Assembly: GCF_006345805.1 (NCBI RefSeq)
Contig: NW_021833439.1
Coordinates: 1 to 64,000 of the forward strand
DNA from: Octopus sinensis
Taxonomy: Eukaryota
Direction: 5' to 3'
Length of the DNA stretch: 64,000 nt
Shown here: piece by piece, positions 12,168 through 25,744 of the stretch
Position numbering within the stretch: position 1 is the first letter of the stretch
Layout of the letters: the number at the start of each line of letters is the position of its first letter
The notes under the pieces: generated by a model
Databases searched by the model: none
The model's input: the letters and a program-made list of their open reading frames with translations, nothing else
What the model was told of the DNA's origin: nothing
Program-made: the position numbers and the translations under genes

Positions 12168-12567
12168 GCTGCTGTTGCTGCTGTTGCTGTTGAGCGAACG
12201 GTCTTCATCCCAGAGCTCACAAGATGAGAGAAGTCCGAAACGTAGTCCTTTGCTATTCGTAAGACCCGCAGAAGAGAAAGCAAGTCAACCCCCGACACCG
12301 AGAGCATCGACGGATGGATGAATGTGCATCCAGGCTCAGCGGTTGCGTAGGAAGTCAGGGACAAGAAACAGGAAGAAAGAGTGAGAGAAAGTTCGAGCGA
12401 AAGAGTACAACAGGGGTCGCCACCACCCACTGCTGGAGCCTCGTGGAGCTTTAGGTGTTTTCGCTCATTTCGCTCAATAAACACACACAACGCCCTGTCT
12501 GGGAACCGAAACCGCGATCCTCCGACCGCGAGTCCGCTGCTCTAACCACTGGGCCATTGCGCCTCCA
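12168..12567 (-). mobile_element. Family C SINE, tail type 1 with (CAA/CAG)n end
   Basis: Shared C head; tail ...cgaatagcaaaggac.acgtttcggacttctc...cgctcaaca, also at 27778-28146. Confidence 0.9.
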
Positions 12568-12872
12568 CTTGCTGTTGCTGGTGCTGTTGTTGTTAACAGT
12601 TTAATTTGTTTCAGGAAAACTATAAGCAGAGATATTCAAGTAATGATCATCCCTTCGTTTTAGGAGTACCTAAGATTATATTATCTCATGAGAGGCTCCC
12701 GTTGTCAAGATTTAGGTTGTGATGTAAAAGGATTTGACATCTATTTCTAGTATCTTGCGAGACCACATAATATATCTTACTCCGCGTCAGACTACAGGAG
12801 AAATTAACGCAATGTACGACATAAGTGCAGTATAAAGTTCAACTCTACCGGATTCATAACAGTGTTGGAAGC

Positions 12873-13125
12873 AAGCATGCCCGAGTAGTTAAGCACTTTG
12901 CTTTGCAAACATGAAATCTAGATTTCAATCCCACGGCGTGGCATAGATCTTCTGTACGAAATTAGGCTGACGGAAACAACGTGGAAGATTATGGAATGGA
13001 TTGTGTCTGGTACAAAAAAAAAAAAATTCTAGCCTTGCCTCATACTGTGTAACGCTGAAACTTGCTGGTGATGGTTTGAAAAGGTACTTATGTCCATGGA
13101 ATACACAGGCACGTACACGTTATTA
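12873..13125 (+). mobile_element. Old, diverged tRNA-type SINE
   Basis: Degenerate head (gcatgcccgagtagttaagc...gatttcaatccc) and a tail resembling C tail 2 (ccttg...acgctgaa...tacacgtta). Confidence 0.4.
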
Positions 13126-13299
13126 CAAAGGAGACAGTATATTGCAATTCAGTTGATCGAACTATTGAATCCCCATCGAAAGTGTCGGAGGGTCCACTTT
13201 TGAGGACGGTCAGTTAGCAACATTCGTTGAGAATAAGACGAGATAACAGTTGATATTCAAGTACACCTCTTTACGGAATGATTTCAAATCCCACAAACA

Positions 13300-13676
13300 T
13301 ATATACATATAAATATACTATATATATATACATATATATATATACATATATATATATATTATACATATATATATTACATATAATATACATATATATACAT
13401 ATATATTATATATACATATATATTATCATGTAATATATATATATACAAGTATATATATACATACATGTATATATATATACATGTATATATATATACATGT
13501 ATATATATATATATACATGTATATATATATATACATGTATATATATATGTATATATATATATGTATATATATGTATATATGTATATTTAATTTCTCTTAT
13601 GGAGGATTTTTCTGTTTTATCTATTTTATTATAATAGACATTTTTACATCGTTTACTGACTTCCTCATTATTATCA

Positions 13677-13709
<33 letters not shown>

Positions 13710-13760
13710 GATTATTATTATCATCATCACCATCATCCTTATTATCATCATATTTATTCT
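13300..13760. repeat. (TA)n and (ATT/ATC)n microsatellites
   Basis: Direct inspection. Confidence 0.9.
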
Positions 13761-14279
13761 TCTTCCTCTTCCTGTCTGTCTAATAGGATTTAACGAGTGT
13801 ACGAAGCTGCCAAGTGCATAGAGACTAGCAATTGGGAAGGTGAAAAATAGACGAAGACACACACACCACACACACAAAGACACACACACACACACCAAAA
13901 TACACACATTATTTATGGTTCTATACTGATTATACTATTTTAGCAGATATTTTGTTGCTTTTTTTTATATACACCTTGCGTCTATTATTTATTATATTAA
14001 GGCATAAGCTTACTCTGAACAAACACAGCGAGTAGTCATCGCGTACCATAGATACATCAATTAGCGAACGCAGCAGAGATGACGTGCGAATCATACGCCA
14101 TTTAACAAACGTGTGTAGGTACATGTGTTGATAATTATATTCGAATGGGTATGCAGATAGTTATAGACATATGTGTGTGTATCTGTGTGTGTGTGTATGA
14201 GTGTATGTGTGCATGATGTTGTGCGTTTGTATTTAAATAGGAGCCTATATATTAATGTATAGATGAGTGTGCATAAGTA

Positions 14280-14313
14280 CATATACACACATACATACAT
14301 ACATATATATATA

Positions 14314-14366
<53 letters not shown>

Positions 14367-14662
14367 TCAATATATAGATATATAAATCTATAGACATGCA
14401 TAGATAGATACATACATGTGTAATTTTTTTATGTATATATAATATACCAGTGTAGAGAGGTGCATATTTGTATGTGTATAGGCGTGCGTGTGTGAGCGTG
14501 TGTATAATGTATATGTAAGTATATGTATATATACACACATATGCCGATAGATTGATTAAAATATATATATATATATTAATATATATATATTATATATATA
14601 TATACATATGTATATATATGTGTGTGTGTGTGTATAACCGCATACATATTGATTTATATGTC

Positions 14663-14723
<61 letters not shown>

Positions 14724-14731
14724 ATATATAC

Positions 14732-14767
<36 letters not shown>

Positions 14768-14894
14768 GTATATAATACATGCATATATATTTGTATATGT
14801 CACCCCTTTTCTCTCTCGCTCTTTCTCCAGACCACACGCACACAACACACACACAACACACACACACACACACACACACACCACACATATATAT

Positions 14895-14952
<58 letters not shown>

Positions 14953-14962
14953 CATATACACA
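14280..14962. repeat. (TA)n/(CA)n block
   Basis: Direct inspection. Confidence 0.9.
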
Positions 14963-15544
14963 CGCATACTGTTGAGTATGTGTCTGTTTATATGAAAAAG
15001 TGTGCCCATGTGTACAAACAAATCAAAGAAAATGTAAACTTTCGGACGCGAAACTAAATGAAGTATCTTGGCAATTGCTCCACCTGGGACTTGTTCATAC
15101 ATATTCGAAATTCTTCTTCATTAGTCCAGAATGTCTCTTCATCTTCACGCGTCTTGGATTCTTCATATATTTATCTTTGTAAATTCATTCATATGCTGTG
15201 TGAGGAAAAAAGAAATGGCGTATTGGTTACGCAGGTCACTCTTCGTCATTCTCCGTCATTCTCCGTCAGTGTGTGCTGGTTTCATACCGTTTAGGATAGG
15301 CTGAGAACAAGATAAATTTTTGAGATGCTTCTGTTGGTACATTTGTTAAATCGTTTTATCTTTTGTATGAGTCACTGGACTGCGGCCATACTGGGGTACT
15401 ATCTTGAAGGGTATCAATCAAACAAATTGAGCGTTATATTTCTTTAGGGGACAAACAGCTACCAAGAAGGTGAAGTAAATTGGTCACGTGCATAGGGCAA
15501 ACGCTACGAGAATAGGAGACAATTGAAGAGAGATTATATATATT

Positions 15545-15703
15545 GGCGCAAGAGTGACTGTGTGGTAAGTTGCTTGTTTACTAACCGCATGGTTCCGGGT
15601 TCAGTCCCACTGCGCGGCACCTTGTCCAAGTGTCTTCTACTATAGCCACGAGCCGATCAAAGCCTTGTGAGTGGATTTGATAGACAGAAACTGAAAGAAG
15701 CCC
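15545..15703 (+). mobile_element. Family B SINE, 5' half
   Basis: ggcgcaagagtgactgtgtggtaag...gaaactgaaagaagccc. Confidence 0.85.
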
Positions 15704-15924
15704 CAGTACGCAACGGACTATTAGATATAGATTCGAAAGCAGAAAATGGCTCCTGACAACTATTTCGGTTAATGTACAAGGCACCCACGTGAATAAGACG
15801 CAAGTTCACTGCAGTGATATGAGCATGGGGCACTGGTACATATTTTCAAAATGGTGTCCAACAGCAAAGAGAAACTTTGGCAAAAAAAAAAAGAGAGAAA
15901 GAAATGAAAATTAATAGTATTATA

Positions 15925-16323
15925 GGCACTGGCGTGAATATGTGGCTCCGGGTTCAGTCCCTCTGTGTGGTATCTTGGGCCAACGTCTTCCACGACACCA
16001 TTGTGACTTGTGAGTGGATTTGGCAGACGGAAACCCAAAGATGCCTCTGTGTGTGTATGTACGTGTTTGTGTGTGTACGTGCATGTGTGTGTGTGTACGT
16101 GCGTGTGTGAGTGCCTGAGTGTGTGTTTTCTGTCTGTTTGACCACCACCACCGCAACCACCAACGCTTCACAATCAGTGTTGGTGCATTTACGTTACCGT
16201 AAATTAGCGGTTCGACAAAAGTAAGCGATAGAATACCAGTAATACTGGGGTCGATTCACTGAATTTAAGAAAAAGCAGTGCTCCAACATGGCCGCAAACT
16301 TATGACTAAATAAGTAAAAGATA
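15925..16323 (+). mobile_element. Family B SINE, diverged
   Basis: ctccgggttcagtccc...gacggaaac...GT tract...gtgctccaacatggccgca. Confidence 0.75.
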
Positions 16324-16444
16324 AATAAAACAAAGAGGAACTAAAATCCACGAAGAGGGCAGTTCTGGAATCGAACTCTTAACAACTACACATTGTGACC
16401 TCACGAGAGATAATAAGAATCAAGAAAGTAGTAGTCATTTTTCT

Positions 16445-16671
16445 ATTAGCTACAGACATTCTTTGCTACTCTAGGAATAAGGCCCGAAAATTTTGGGAAG
16501 GGGACCCGTCGATAAGATTGATCCTAATTCACAACTGGTACGTAATTTATTGATTCCTAAAGGAAGAAAAGCAAAGTCGACCTCAGCGGAATCTGAACTC
16601 AGAACGTAAAAGCTGGAAATACCGGTAAGCACTTAACCCGGTGTGCTAACGTTCTGCCAGCTCGCCGCCTT
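16445..16671 (-). mobile_element. Family A SINE, tail variant 2
   Basis: Head ctcgccgcctt (reverse complement) with ctagg..aaggcccgaaaattttggg tail. Confidence 0.85.
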
Positions 16672-17103
16672 CTATTGGCTACAGATGTTAACCACGACAT
16701 AACATTTACGCATTTGGCTTTTCTGAGAGAATCAAGTGGTAATCAAGTGGAAATCGAAACCGAGTGCTTATCTCCAACAGACCAGCATTCGACACAAACA
16801 AATCAAGAAAAATAGTAATCATTTCTTTATGGTTATAACATCGGCTAACTTGCTTATTGATTAATTTTCTTCTGTTAAAATATTAACTTTGCAATCTCTT
16901 TCTATCTCCCTATCCTTCTCTCTCTCTCTCCCACACACACTCACTCACTCTCACTGTCTCTGTTTCTCTTTCTCTCTCTCTCTCTCTCTCTCCCTCTCTG
17001 ATTCAGTGATATACATGCCCATATATTAGAAGTATCTCCGTCTCACTTTTCCTGTCTCTCTGTATTCATCATTCATTCATATATATATATATACATATAT
17101 ATA

Positions 17104-17237
17104 TGACTCCCCTTCACAAATACTGACAGGACACAGATAGTGTGTCAATAGCCAGCTGGAGGAGATATCTTCCTGGGGCTACAAACTACAGTAGCATCCA
17201 CCCTTATGGGTTAACCATATTCAAATGGCATATATGC

Positions 17238-17300
<63 letters not shown>

Positions 17301-17446
17301 ATATATATGACTCCCCTTCACAAATACTGACAGGACACAGATAGTGTGTCTATAGCCAGCTGGAGGAGATATCTTCCTGGGGCTACAAACTACAGTAGCA
17401 TCCACCCTTATGGGTTAGCCATATTCAAATGGCATATATGCATCAC

Positions 17447-17447
<1 letters not shown>
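17104..17447. repeat. Direct duplication of a 140-bp hairpin-rich unit separated by (TA)n
   Basis: Copies at 17104-17243 and 17308-17447 differ at 2 positions. Confidence 0.9.
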
Positions 17448-17477
<30 letters not shown>

Positions 17478-17502
17478 AATAGATATATATAATTTATATA
17501 CG

Positions 17503-17713
17503 CTTTTTACTTTTACTCTTTTACTTGTTTCAGTTATTTGACTGTGGCCATGCTGGAGCACCGCCTTTAGTCGCGCAAATCGACCCCAGGATTTATTCTT
17601 TATAAGCTTAGTACTTATTCTATCGTTCTCTTTTGTCGAACCGCTAAGTTACGGGGACGTAAACACACCAGCATCGGTTGTCAAGCGATGTTGTGTGTCT
17701 GTGTTTGTTCCCC
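17503..17713 (-). mobile_element. Family B SINE, 3' half
   Basis: cttgtttcagttatttgactgtggccatgctggagcaccgcctttag... Confidence 0.85.
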
Positions 17714-19246
17714 CAACAAATATCTTACAAACTATAGAATTTTCTCAATAAAGCCAAAGAAAAAGATGTTTTACAAACACATTCTACCAGTATACGAAGT
17801 TTTAAATTTTTTGTTGCCTAGAAATTATGTTAAAAACTGCCGTTCAAACCGAAAAGATCCCATAGATTTGCTCAACTGGTGAGAGTATAAAACTAAAGAG
17901 TACCAAACGGTTGTTGCTACATTAGAAATCAGTAGACAAAAAGAACAAAAACATGGAACAGCGACAAATTTATGGAGATGTTACGTAAATACGATTTTAT
18001 AAGGGAGATCACTGAGATGTGTGTGACGTGCGTGCGTTACTCGTGGGCATCGGCGATATCACATAAAATAGACTAAAACAAAGCAAAAACAAAAGACAAA
18101 ACAAAACAAAAAAAAAACTCCATTTGTGGCTACGATTAAATTTCCTCTCTTAACATGAGTGAAGCTATAATGGTGATGATGTTTGGTTTCTTTAAACCAC
18201 GGCATAAAACACACGTTTACAATTGTATCTTTGGCAAGATGGAGATTCCGACGTATTTTCTTTCTCTTATATTTCAGTTTCTCATCGCCAAGACATTTAA
18301 TGATATATTGTCAAATAAAACGCTTCCAACTGGGAATGGGAAAAATGGTTCCATTGGTTTGATTGTCCGGGAATTTGCAACTTCTCCAACCCTCCAAAAA
18401 AAAAAAAAAAAAGCAGTGATTCTTTCAGACAGTTCAACATTCTAAAACGACTCCAACCGAACGTTGGTTTTTATTTTTACTAATCCAGTATTTCTTATTT
18501 ATTTATTTTCTAAAAGAGAAAAAAAAACCCCCAAAAAACAAAAAAAATTCTCCCTTGAGAAACTCTACCAGATGAAAACATTTTTGCAATCATTCAGCTT
18601 TCATGGTTTCTAAATGCAATGACAGCCTGGTTGCCTCTAGAGAAATATATCCAATAAACCATGCTGGAAATAGTTTCAGACTTCTCTTTCCCTCCCGCTT
18701 TCGAATTCTGCTTTTTTAATCTCTATAAAGGATACGTTTTTTTTTTCTTTTAATGTTATATCATTCGAAAGATGCATTCGTGTTCTTCAAACGAGCCTAC
18801 CTTCTCCCTTAAGTAAATAAATATCTACGTACAGTTAACACCTGTCCCTTAAACACTAACCAGTTACCCTCTGACTTCTTCCTCCTTATTATATGTGTTT
18901 TCTTCATTCTTTCAAGTCCTACTCCCTTAGTCTCATTTTATCTTTCTCTCACTCTCCCTTAGTCTCATTTTATCTTTCTCTCACTCTCCCTTTATCTCTC
19001 CTACTACAGATGCACGCGTACGCTTTACTACATACGCTCACATACACACATACACGTTAGTATCTGAACAGGCGATGTAAGGTATACAGCGATCCCTCGA
19101 AGCACAAGCGGAGGAGGTATCGTGTAAGACTGCCTTGTTTTTAATTACAGTTCAACAGTTCAAAGTTAATAGCTTGCAATACTTATGGGACATACACAAA
19201 CAGATACACACAAGCGCATACATGTACGTACGTATGTTTATATGCG

Positions 19247-19248
<2 letters not shown>

Positions 19249-19309
<61 letters not shown>

Positions 19310-19310
19310 G

Positions 19311-19348
<38 letters not shown>
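19249..19348. repeat. (TCTA)n microsatellite
   Basis: Direct inspection. Confidence 0.95.
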
Positions 19349-19350
<2 letters not shown>

Positions 19351-20042
19351 CTCACTCTCTCTCAGCATAAATATACAATTACATGCTATATGTATATATG
19401 CATATATACACACAGACATACAGAGACAAACAAACACACACAAATGTATATAAGTATATATACATACACATAACAGACACACGTGTGTGTGTATATATAT
19501 ATATGCTTTATGAATAGATAAATATACACACATACATAGACACACATACACACGCATATATACGTGTGTATATATATGAGTATATGTGCGTGTTTGTGTG
19601 TATGTGTATTTGCGAGAGTGAGAGGGAAAGACAGATAGATAGATAGATAGAGAGAGGGGGGGGGGAGAAAGGGAAAATATAGGGAAAGAGAGAGAGAGAG
19701 AGAAAGGGAAAATATAGAGAAAGAGAGAGAGAGAATGTGTGTCTACATTTATTTGGAATTAGATTATATATTTATAAACCTAAAAAGTCAAACAAGAAAA
19801 CAAAAAATAAAAACAAACAAATCCTTTATAAAATAAAATACAATGTGTCTACAAATAAACGTGTATCCGGTCAGTTTTGTTTGTATTTCAGAGACTGATA
19901 CAAAATCCCAATGGATGCGATTGAGAATGTCGATGCCAAGGAAACACCATAAGTAATTTTGGAACGGTAGCGCTTCACTTAATTTGTACGAACGGCAAAA
20001 GTCTTCACTCGGCATTGGATAGCGATTTATGCTCAAAGATAG

Positions 20043-20356
20043 GGTAAAATTACAGATTAACACCCGCACGATTTTCACTAAAAAAGAAAAACTGATTTTT
20101 TTGCGTGGAATCAAGCACTGTGACCTCGTAATATGCTGTAAATCCCATATTTGGGTTGGGAAGGGTGGGGTGCTTGATTTTTTGTGTGAAAATTCCGGGG
20201 GGGGGTTAACCCCCCCTCCCCCACCGGACCAATTCCGAACCAAAATATTGGATTTCCAGCATATTAGGAGGTCAGGGTACTTGATTCCACGCAAAAAATC
20301 CGAGTTTTTTTTTTTTCTTAGTGAAAATCGTGCCGGTGTTAATCTATAATTTTACC
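20043..20356. mobile_element. MITE with ~120-bp TIRs, Merlin-like
   Basis: Termini GGTAAAATT...AATTTTACC; perfect 8-bp TSD AAAGATAG at 20035-20042 and 20357-20364. Confidence 0.8.
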
Positions 20357-20422
20357 AAAGATAGTTGGTGTGGTGAGGATTTAAACATCGAACTAATATA
20401 GTCTGGTGTATAATACATCTTA

Positions 20423-20716
20423 GTAGAAGGACATGGCCTAGTGGTTAGAGCAGCGGATTCGCGGTCGAGGGATCGCGGGTTAGAATCTCAGACCGGGCGA
20501 TGTGTGTGTTTATGAGCGAAAACACCTGAGATCCACGCGGCTCCGGCAGAAGGTAATGGCAAACTTCTGCTGACTCTTTTGCCTCAACTTTCTCTCGTTC
20601 TTTCCTCCTGCATCTTGCAGCTCACCTGCGACGGACCGGCGTCCCGTCCAGGTGGGGAACCTATACACCAAGGAAACCGGGAAACCGGCCCTAATGCTCG
20701 AGAAGGAACAAACATA
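20423..20716 (+). mobile_element. Family C SINE, tail type 4
   Basis: C head; tail cctgcgacggaccggcgtcccgtccagg...ggaaaccggga; 13-bp TSD ataatacatctta at 20410-20422 and 20717-20729. Confidence 0.9.
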
Positions 20717-20734
20717 ATAATACATCTTAAGCGT

Positions 20735-20895
20735 AAGGCGGCGAGCTGGCAGAATCGTTAGCACGCCGGGCAAAATGCTTGGCGGCATTTTATCCGTCTT
20801 CACGCTCTGAGCTCAAATTCTGCCGAGGTCGACTTTGCCTTTCAACCTTTCGAGGTCGATAAATTAAGTACCAGTGGAACACTGGGGTCGATATA
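20735..20895 (+). mobile_element. Family A SINE, tail missing
   Basis: aaggcggcgagctggcagaatcgttagcacgccggg...actggggtcgat. Confidence 0.85.
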
Positions 20896-21204
20896 ATTTA
20901 CCGCAAGTAGCACTTCAAATCTAGTTTGAATTAGCTCCCTATAGGCAATTTCTTAGAGCGTTACAGGTTTTATACATCTGATATGACTCATGGGCACGTT
21001 AGCCAGCTGATATTAATATGGAGGCTCAATATCTGCTGTAAAACGTTAAGAGGTCTGATTGTGATTCTACGAAAACATAAATTACAGAATTCGTAAGGAT
21101 TTTGTCTTTAAACAAATGCATTCTGTATACGATTACAGCTGACGCTGATAATAAGAGATATCCGGTATAATGATTAATTATTCATTTCTAATCTGTTCCT
21201 GTAG

Positions 21205-21315
21205 TTTTGGAACTTATCAATGTTTTACGGCCGAAATATTCATTGGTGAACAAGTTGTTCTCCAATGATGAAACATACCAGCGATTAGCATATTTATGTT
21301 CGAATACGCCGGAAG
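21205..21315 (+). other. Candidate exon (111 nt, symmetrical phase 1)
   Basis: ttctaat branch-like motif, ctgttcctgtag acceptor, GAAG|gtatca donor; open frame LELINVLRPKYSLVNKLFSNDETYQRLAYLCSNTPE. Confidence 0.3.
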
Positions 21316-21988
21316 GTATCAAGAATGAATATGCAAATCATAGATTTCATTTCTGCTGTTCACCATGCTCATGAGGATTTACTAAGGTCAGGTAGTTCCA
21401 TAAATATCTATATATAAAATCTACATTTGCAGAATTTCTATTATAGCATAAAATGACGTTTGGTTTTTTTTAAGAGTACGTGAAATTCAACCGCCGTTGT
21501 AATTTCAGTAATTGTTTTAATATTTACAGACGAATGAACTGGAAGCGTGTATAAATTGATAATCAGCTGATCTACAATCTGATGGTGTCAGTTTGAATCT
21601 GTTTCAGTATATTTAACAGTGCTTTTGAGGCAGCATACTTAATTATACATATATCAGTTCACCTTGCTTTTGTGGGTAATAAATACCAGATGGCCAATCC
21701 AAATTAGAATAACTCATCTGTTAATAGTATAACAAGAATCTTTTGGTATGTATCATGTAAAGATGTGGCATATTCTTCTATTGCTGCAGAGACTGGTGTT
21801 GTGGTTGCTGTTGTTCCCCCCAAATTGAATATGAATATGAAAAACATCTCGTTAGGGCGTGATTAAAGGTGTAAATTTTTTAGCTGTTTTTTGCAGGTAG
21901 AGCAATTCCATACAGCAGTGGAATGTCGCTTACCTATTTCCATGTATTTAAGTTTTATGTAAATGATTATAGGGATTAAATTTACGGA

Positions 21989-22214
21989 AGGCGGCGAGCT
22001 GGCAGAAACATTAGCACGCTGGGCGAAATGCTTTACGGTATTTCGTCTGTCGTTACGTTCTGAGTTCAAATTCCGCCGAGGTCGACTTTGCCTTTCATCC
22101 TTTGGGGGGTCGATAAATTAAGTACCAGTTACGAACTGGTGTCGATGTGATCGACTTAATCCCTTTGTCTGTCCTCTCTGTGTTTAGCCCCTTGTGGGTA
22201 GTAAAGAAAAAGGT
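21989..22214 (+). mobile_element. Family A SINE monomer, near consensus
   Basis: 14-bp TSD attaaa(t/a)ttacgga at 21975-21988 and 22215-22228. Confidence 0.92.
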
Positions 22215-22416
22215 ATTAAAATTACGGATTAAAAGCAGCTCTAATGATGTAAACATTATCAGTTGCACATACATAGTGTATATATTATTTATACACTCAT
22301 TTGCTGCGGAATAGCGTCCCGGGAAAGCTCTCTACACGATGCAGTGTGTTAAAGTATGTCGATATCTAATGTTCTTGATCATCTCTTGGTGAGTTTCCTC
22401 GCCTGGTCTCGTTGTA

Positions 22417-22503
22417 GGCGCAGGAGTGTGGTAAGTAGCTTGCTTACCAACCACAGGGTTCCGGGTTCAGTCCCACTGCGTGGCACCTTGGGCAAGTGTC
22501 TTT
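22417..22503 (+). mobile_element. Family B SINE head fragment
   Basis: ggcgcaggagtgtggtaag...ggcaccttgggcaagtgtcttt; abuts a family D copy. Confidence 0.85.
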
Positions 22504-22510
22504 TACTTTA

Positions 22511-22738
22511 ACCTTGGGCCTCCTCTCTACATGCTACCAGTGTTATCCAAAGGAAAGGCAAAGGCCGATACAGCTTGGTACTTGTGACGTCGTGACTCGT
22601 TTCTACAGCTGAGTGAACTGGAGCAACGTGAAATAAAGTGTCTTGCTCAAGAACACAACACGCAGTCCGGTCCGGGATTCGAGCTCTTAACCTCACGATC
22701 GTAGGCTCGACGCTCTAACCAGTTAGCCATGCGCCTTC
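22511..22738 (-). mobile_element. Family D tRNA-derived SINE with MetaSINE-like central domain
   Basis: Reverse complement: ggcgcatggctaactggttagagcg...tgttgtgttcttgagcaagacacttt...ctccagttcactcagctgta. Confidence 0.8.
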
Positions 22739-23640
22739 AAGCATTAGCAGATAAGAATTCAAGAAAATCCTTAATTCATGTGGATTGGAGCGTATAATTC
22801 TAAATATTCATCCGGTGATTATAAAAGATTTCCTTTCTTAAGTCAAGTTTATATTTATACAGGTTCAAAACACCGCAGTTACTTCTATGGCTAGATAAGA
22901 ATATATTGAAATCCTATTTTCGTAACTGAATACCGCTGCTGTTTCTGTTCAGGAAATTCTCGAGAATTCTCACACCGAAGTATATAAAATAGAAAAATTT
23001 CTTGAAAAAATCCAGCATGAAGGTTAATGAAATACGAAAGGTTAATGTTCGCCGAACAAATCTTGAATTTTAAGAGGTGTCAGTAAGTGCACATAATTTT
23101 ACACGTTTCATCGACTGCTCAAGGCAAAAGTGTAATAATATTCTGTTGTGAACGATGATCTAAAGCTTAATGGAAATGGTTTTGAACTTTAGACTGAGTC
23201 TGCTAACAGTTAATAGATCACACGCAGCAGTTTTTTTTTCTCCATATCGACTTGTCGACTAAAGTTAATTAGAATTAAGCGGAAGACTTCGTTGATGAAC
23301 CAATGATCCAATGATTTTATGGTAACTATGAAAATAAACACACGTGAAGTTTTGTGGACGTCGTATAACGAACATCGATTTCTGATTTAGGGAATAATAT
23401 TGATTAGGTCTTTTATTTCTGAGCAAAGTTTAAGAATGTGGGACGTTTCCATCATAGAAATACAATAGAAGCAGCATTGAATAAAAAGAAAGAAAAAAAA
23501 TATGGCAAAAGATAGGAATCCAAAAAGTACGTGCTTAAAAAGACACTCGAAGCAGACGTCACGCATTACGTTCGATCACCGGACCTCATTTTTGCACAGC
23601 GATGTTCTTCAGCGCTACATACATCCGCCTACTTTTTAGA

Positions 23641-23682
23641 TCATCATCATCATCATCATCGTCGTCGTCGTCGTCGTCGTCG

Positions 23683-23730
<48 letters not shown>

Positions 23731-24075
23731 CAAATAACATGCAAATCACCATCAGAAAGGTTAATGAGAAAGGAGTGAATGAATGAAGGAGAAAGAGAGA
23801 GGAGAGGAGAGAGAAAGAAACAGAGACAGACAGAAAAACAGAGAGAAATACGCACAGAAACAGGGAATTAGAGAGAGAGGGAGAGAGAGAGAGAAACAGA
23901 TAGACAGAGGATGGGGGAAGCGTATGGTGACCGAGGGACACAGAGAAGAAGAAGAAGAAGAAGAAGAAGAAGAAGAGAGAGAGAGAGAGAAACTGACTTA
24001 TAGGCAGACAATTATTAAAGGAAACAGAGATAAATAGAGAGATAGATAAATAGATGGATAGAGAGTTGGGTTGCC

Positions 24076-24130
<55 letters not shown>
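23641..24130. repeat. (CAT)n/(CGT)n, (GAA)n, (GA)n and (AGAT)n microsatellites
   Basis: Direct inspection; source of the polyH/polyD/polyE pseudo-ORFs. Confidence 0.9.
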
Positions 24131-24133
<3 letters not shown>

Positions 24134-24538
24134 GTCCTATAACACTTTTTTTACTGCAGAATAAGGTCAAAACACAGATAGGGTTTCTGAGGAACTATAG
24201 TACATCATAAATTTCCCATAGTCTATTTTTTGACCCAGCAAAAATGTCAACTTCAGAATGCTTTTACTGTTACCCACAAACCCACTTTGTCTGACTATGT
24301 ATCTGCCTGTCTGTCTGCCTTGCCTGCCTAGCCTGTCTGTCAGTCTGTCTGTTTTCCTATCACGTAGAATAACGTGGTATTTCTATCTCGCTGTACATGA
24401 AGTCTCGCAGTTTTCTAGAGTGGGTCACTTGAGGATAAAGTGTTTTACAACGGATACAAAAAATAGCGCTAACAATCCGGTATAAAACAGCAGAGTCTTG
24501 GCTGCCTCATGAAAGTTACGCCTTTGTGAAAGCTATAC

Positions 24539-24572
<34 letters not shown>

Positions 24573-24671
24573 TAAGTGTGCATGTGTATGTGTATAAGTA
24601 CATAATACATACATACATACATGCATGCATATATACATGCATGCAAATATACATACATATATACATACACG

Positions 24672-25062
24672 CTTTACTCTTTACCCTTTTACTTGTTTCA
24701 GTCATTTGACTGTGGCCATGCTGGAGCACCGCCTTTAGTCGAGTAAATCGACCCCAGGACTTATTCTTTGTAAGCCTGGTACTTATTCTATCGGTCTCTT
24801 TTGCCGAACCACTTATTTACGGGGACGTAGACACACCAGTGTCGGTTGTCAAGCGATGTTGTGAGGACAAACACAGACACACAAACATATACACACACAT
24901 ACATAAATATACACATATATACGACGGGCTTCTTTCAGTTTCCGTCTACCAAATCAACTCACAAGTCTTCGGTCGGCCCAAGGCTATAATAGAAGACACC
25001 TGCCCAAGGTGCCACGCAGTGGGACTGAACCCGGAACCATGTGGTTGGTAAGCAATATACTT
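24672..25062 (-). mobile_element. Family B SINE
   Basis: Near-complete match to the B consensus. Confidence 0.9.
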
Positions 25063-25658
25063 AAATTGTATTTTGGTGCTCTTACTGAACGTATACTAAA
25101 ACAAATATAATAATAAAGCAAAGAACAAGTATATAACGTGTCTGGTCATTTGCCAAAATAAAAAAATAAAAATAAAGACCATCTCCAAATATAATAATAT
25201 TTGTTTCAACACACGTATTCACATCAGGAATCTTAGAAAACCTAAATGTACGTTTTGACTATTTTCTTAATTTTCAAGCACTTCTGATAAGTTGGTGTGG
25301 GGCAGGTTTCTCACGACGTTGCTAACGTACCAAATAACAACCATTGAAATCTAGTTCAGAAATTCTTTGTTGATACTCAACCCGTTGATGTTCGAACGAC
25401 TTCCTGCTGCAAAGCCTCAAGGAATGGAAATGTAAGCCATTTCAAGAATAACATATTTACTCCGGTACACGTATTGAGTTCGCTTTACCTTCTAAGTACT
25501 ATTGTTTGCAGACGCGTTATCATATACATCCCATGTGTCATATACGTTAAATACATATATTTTTAAATGCTAACTGATATTGGAAGACAATTTGTTACAA
25601 AATATTAGACTCACAAACATAAACATGAAAATCTATGTACGCATAGCTATAACTATCC

Positions 25659-25744
<86 letters not shown>

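Noticed and set aside
21989-22060. HDV-like ribozyme in the family A head (crossing helices cggcg/cgccg and ggcaga/tctg, GG after P1, P4-like stem)
   Set aside because: The P3/L3 segment is too short and there is no J4/2 strand with the catalytic C; better explained as a modified tRNA-derived head.
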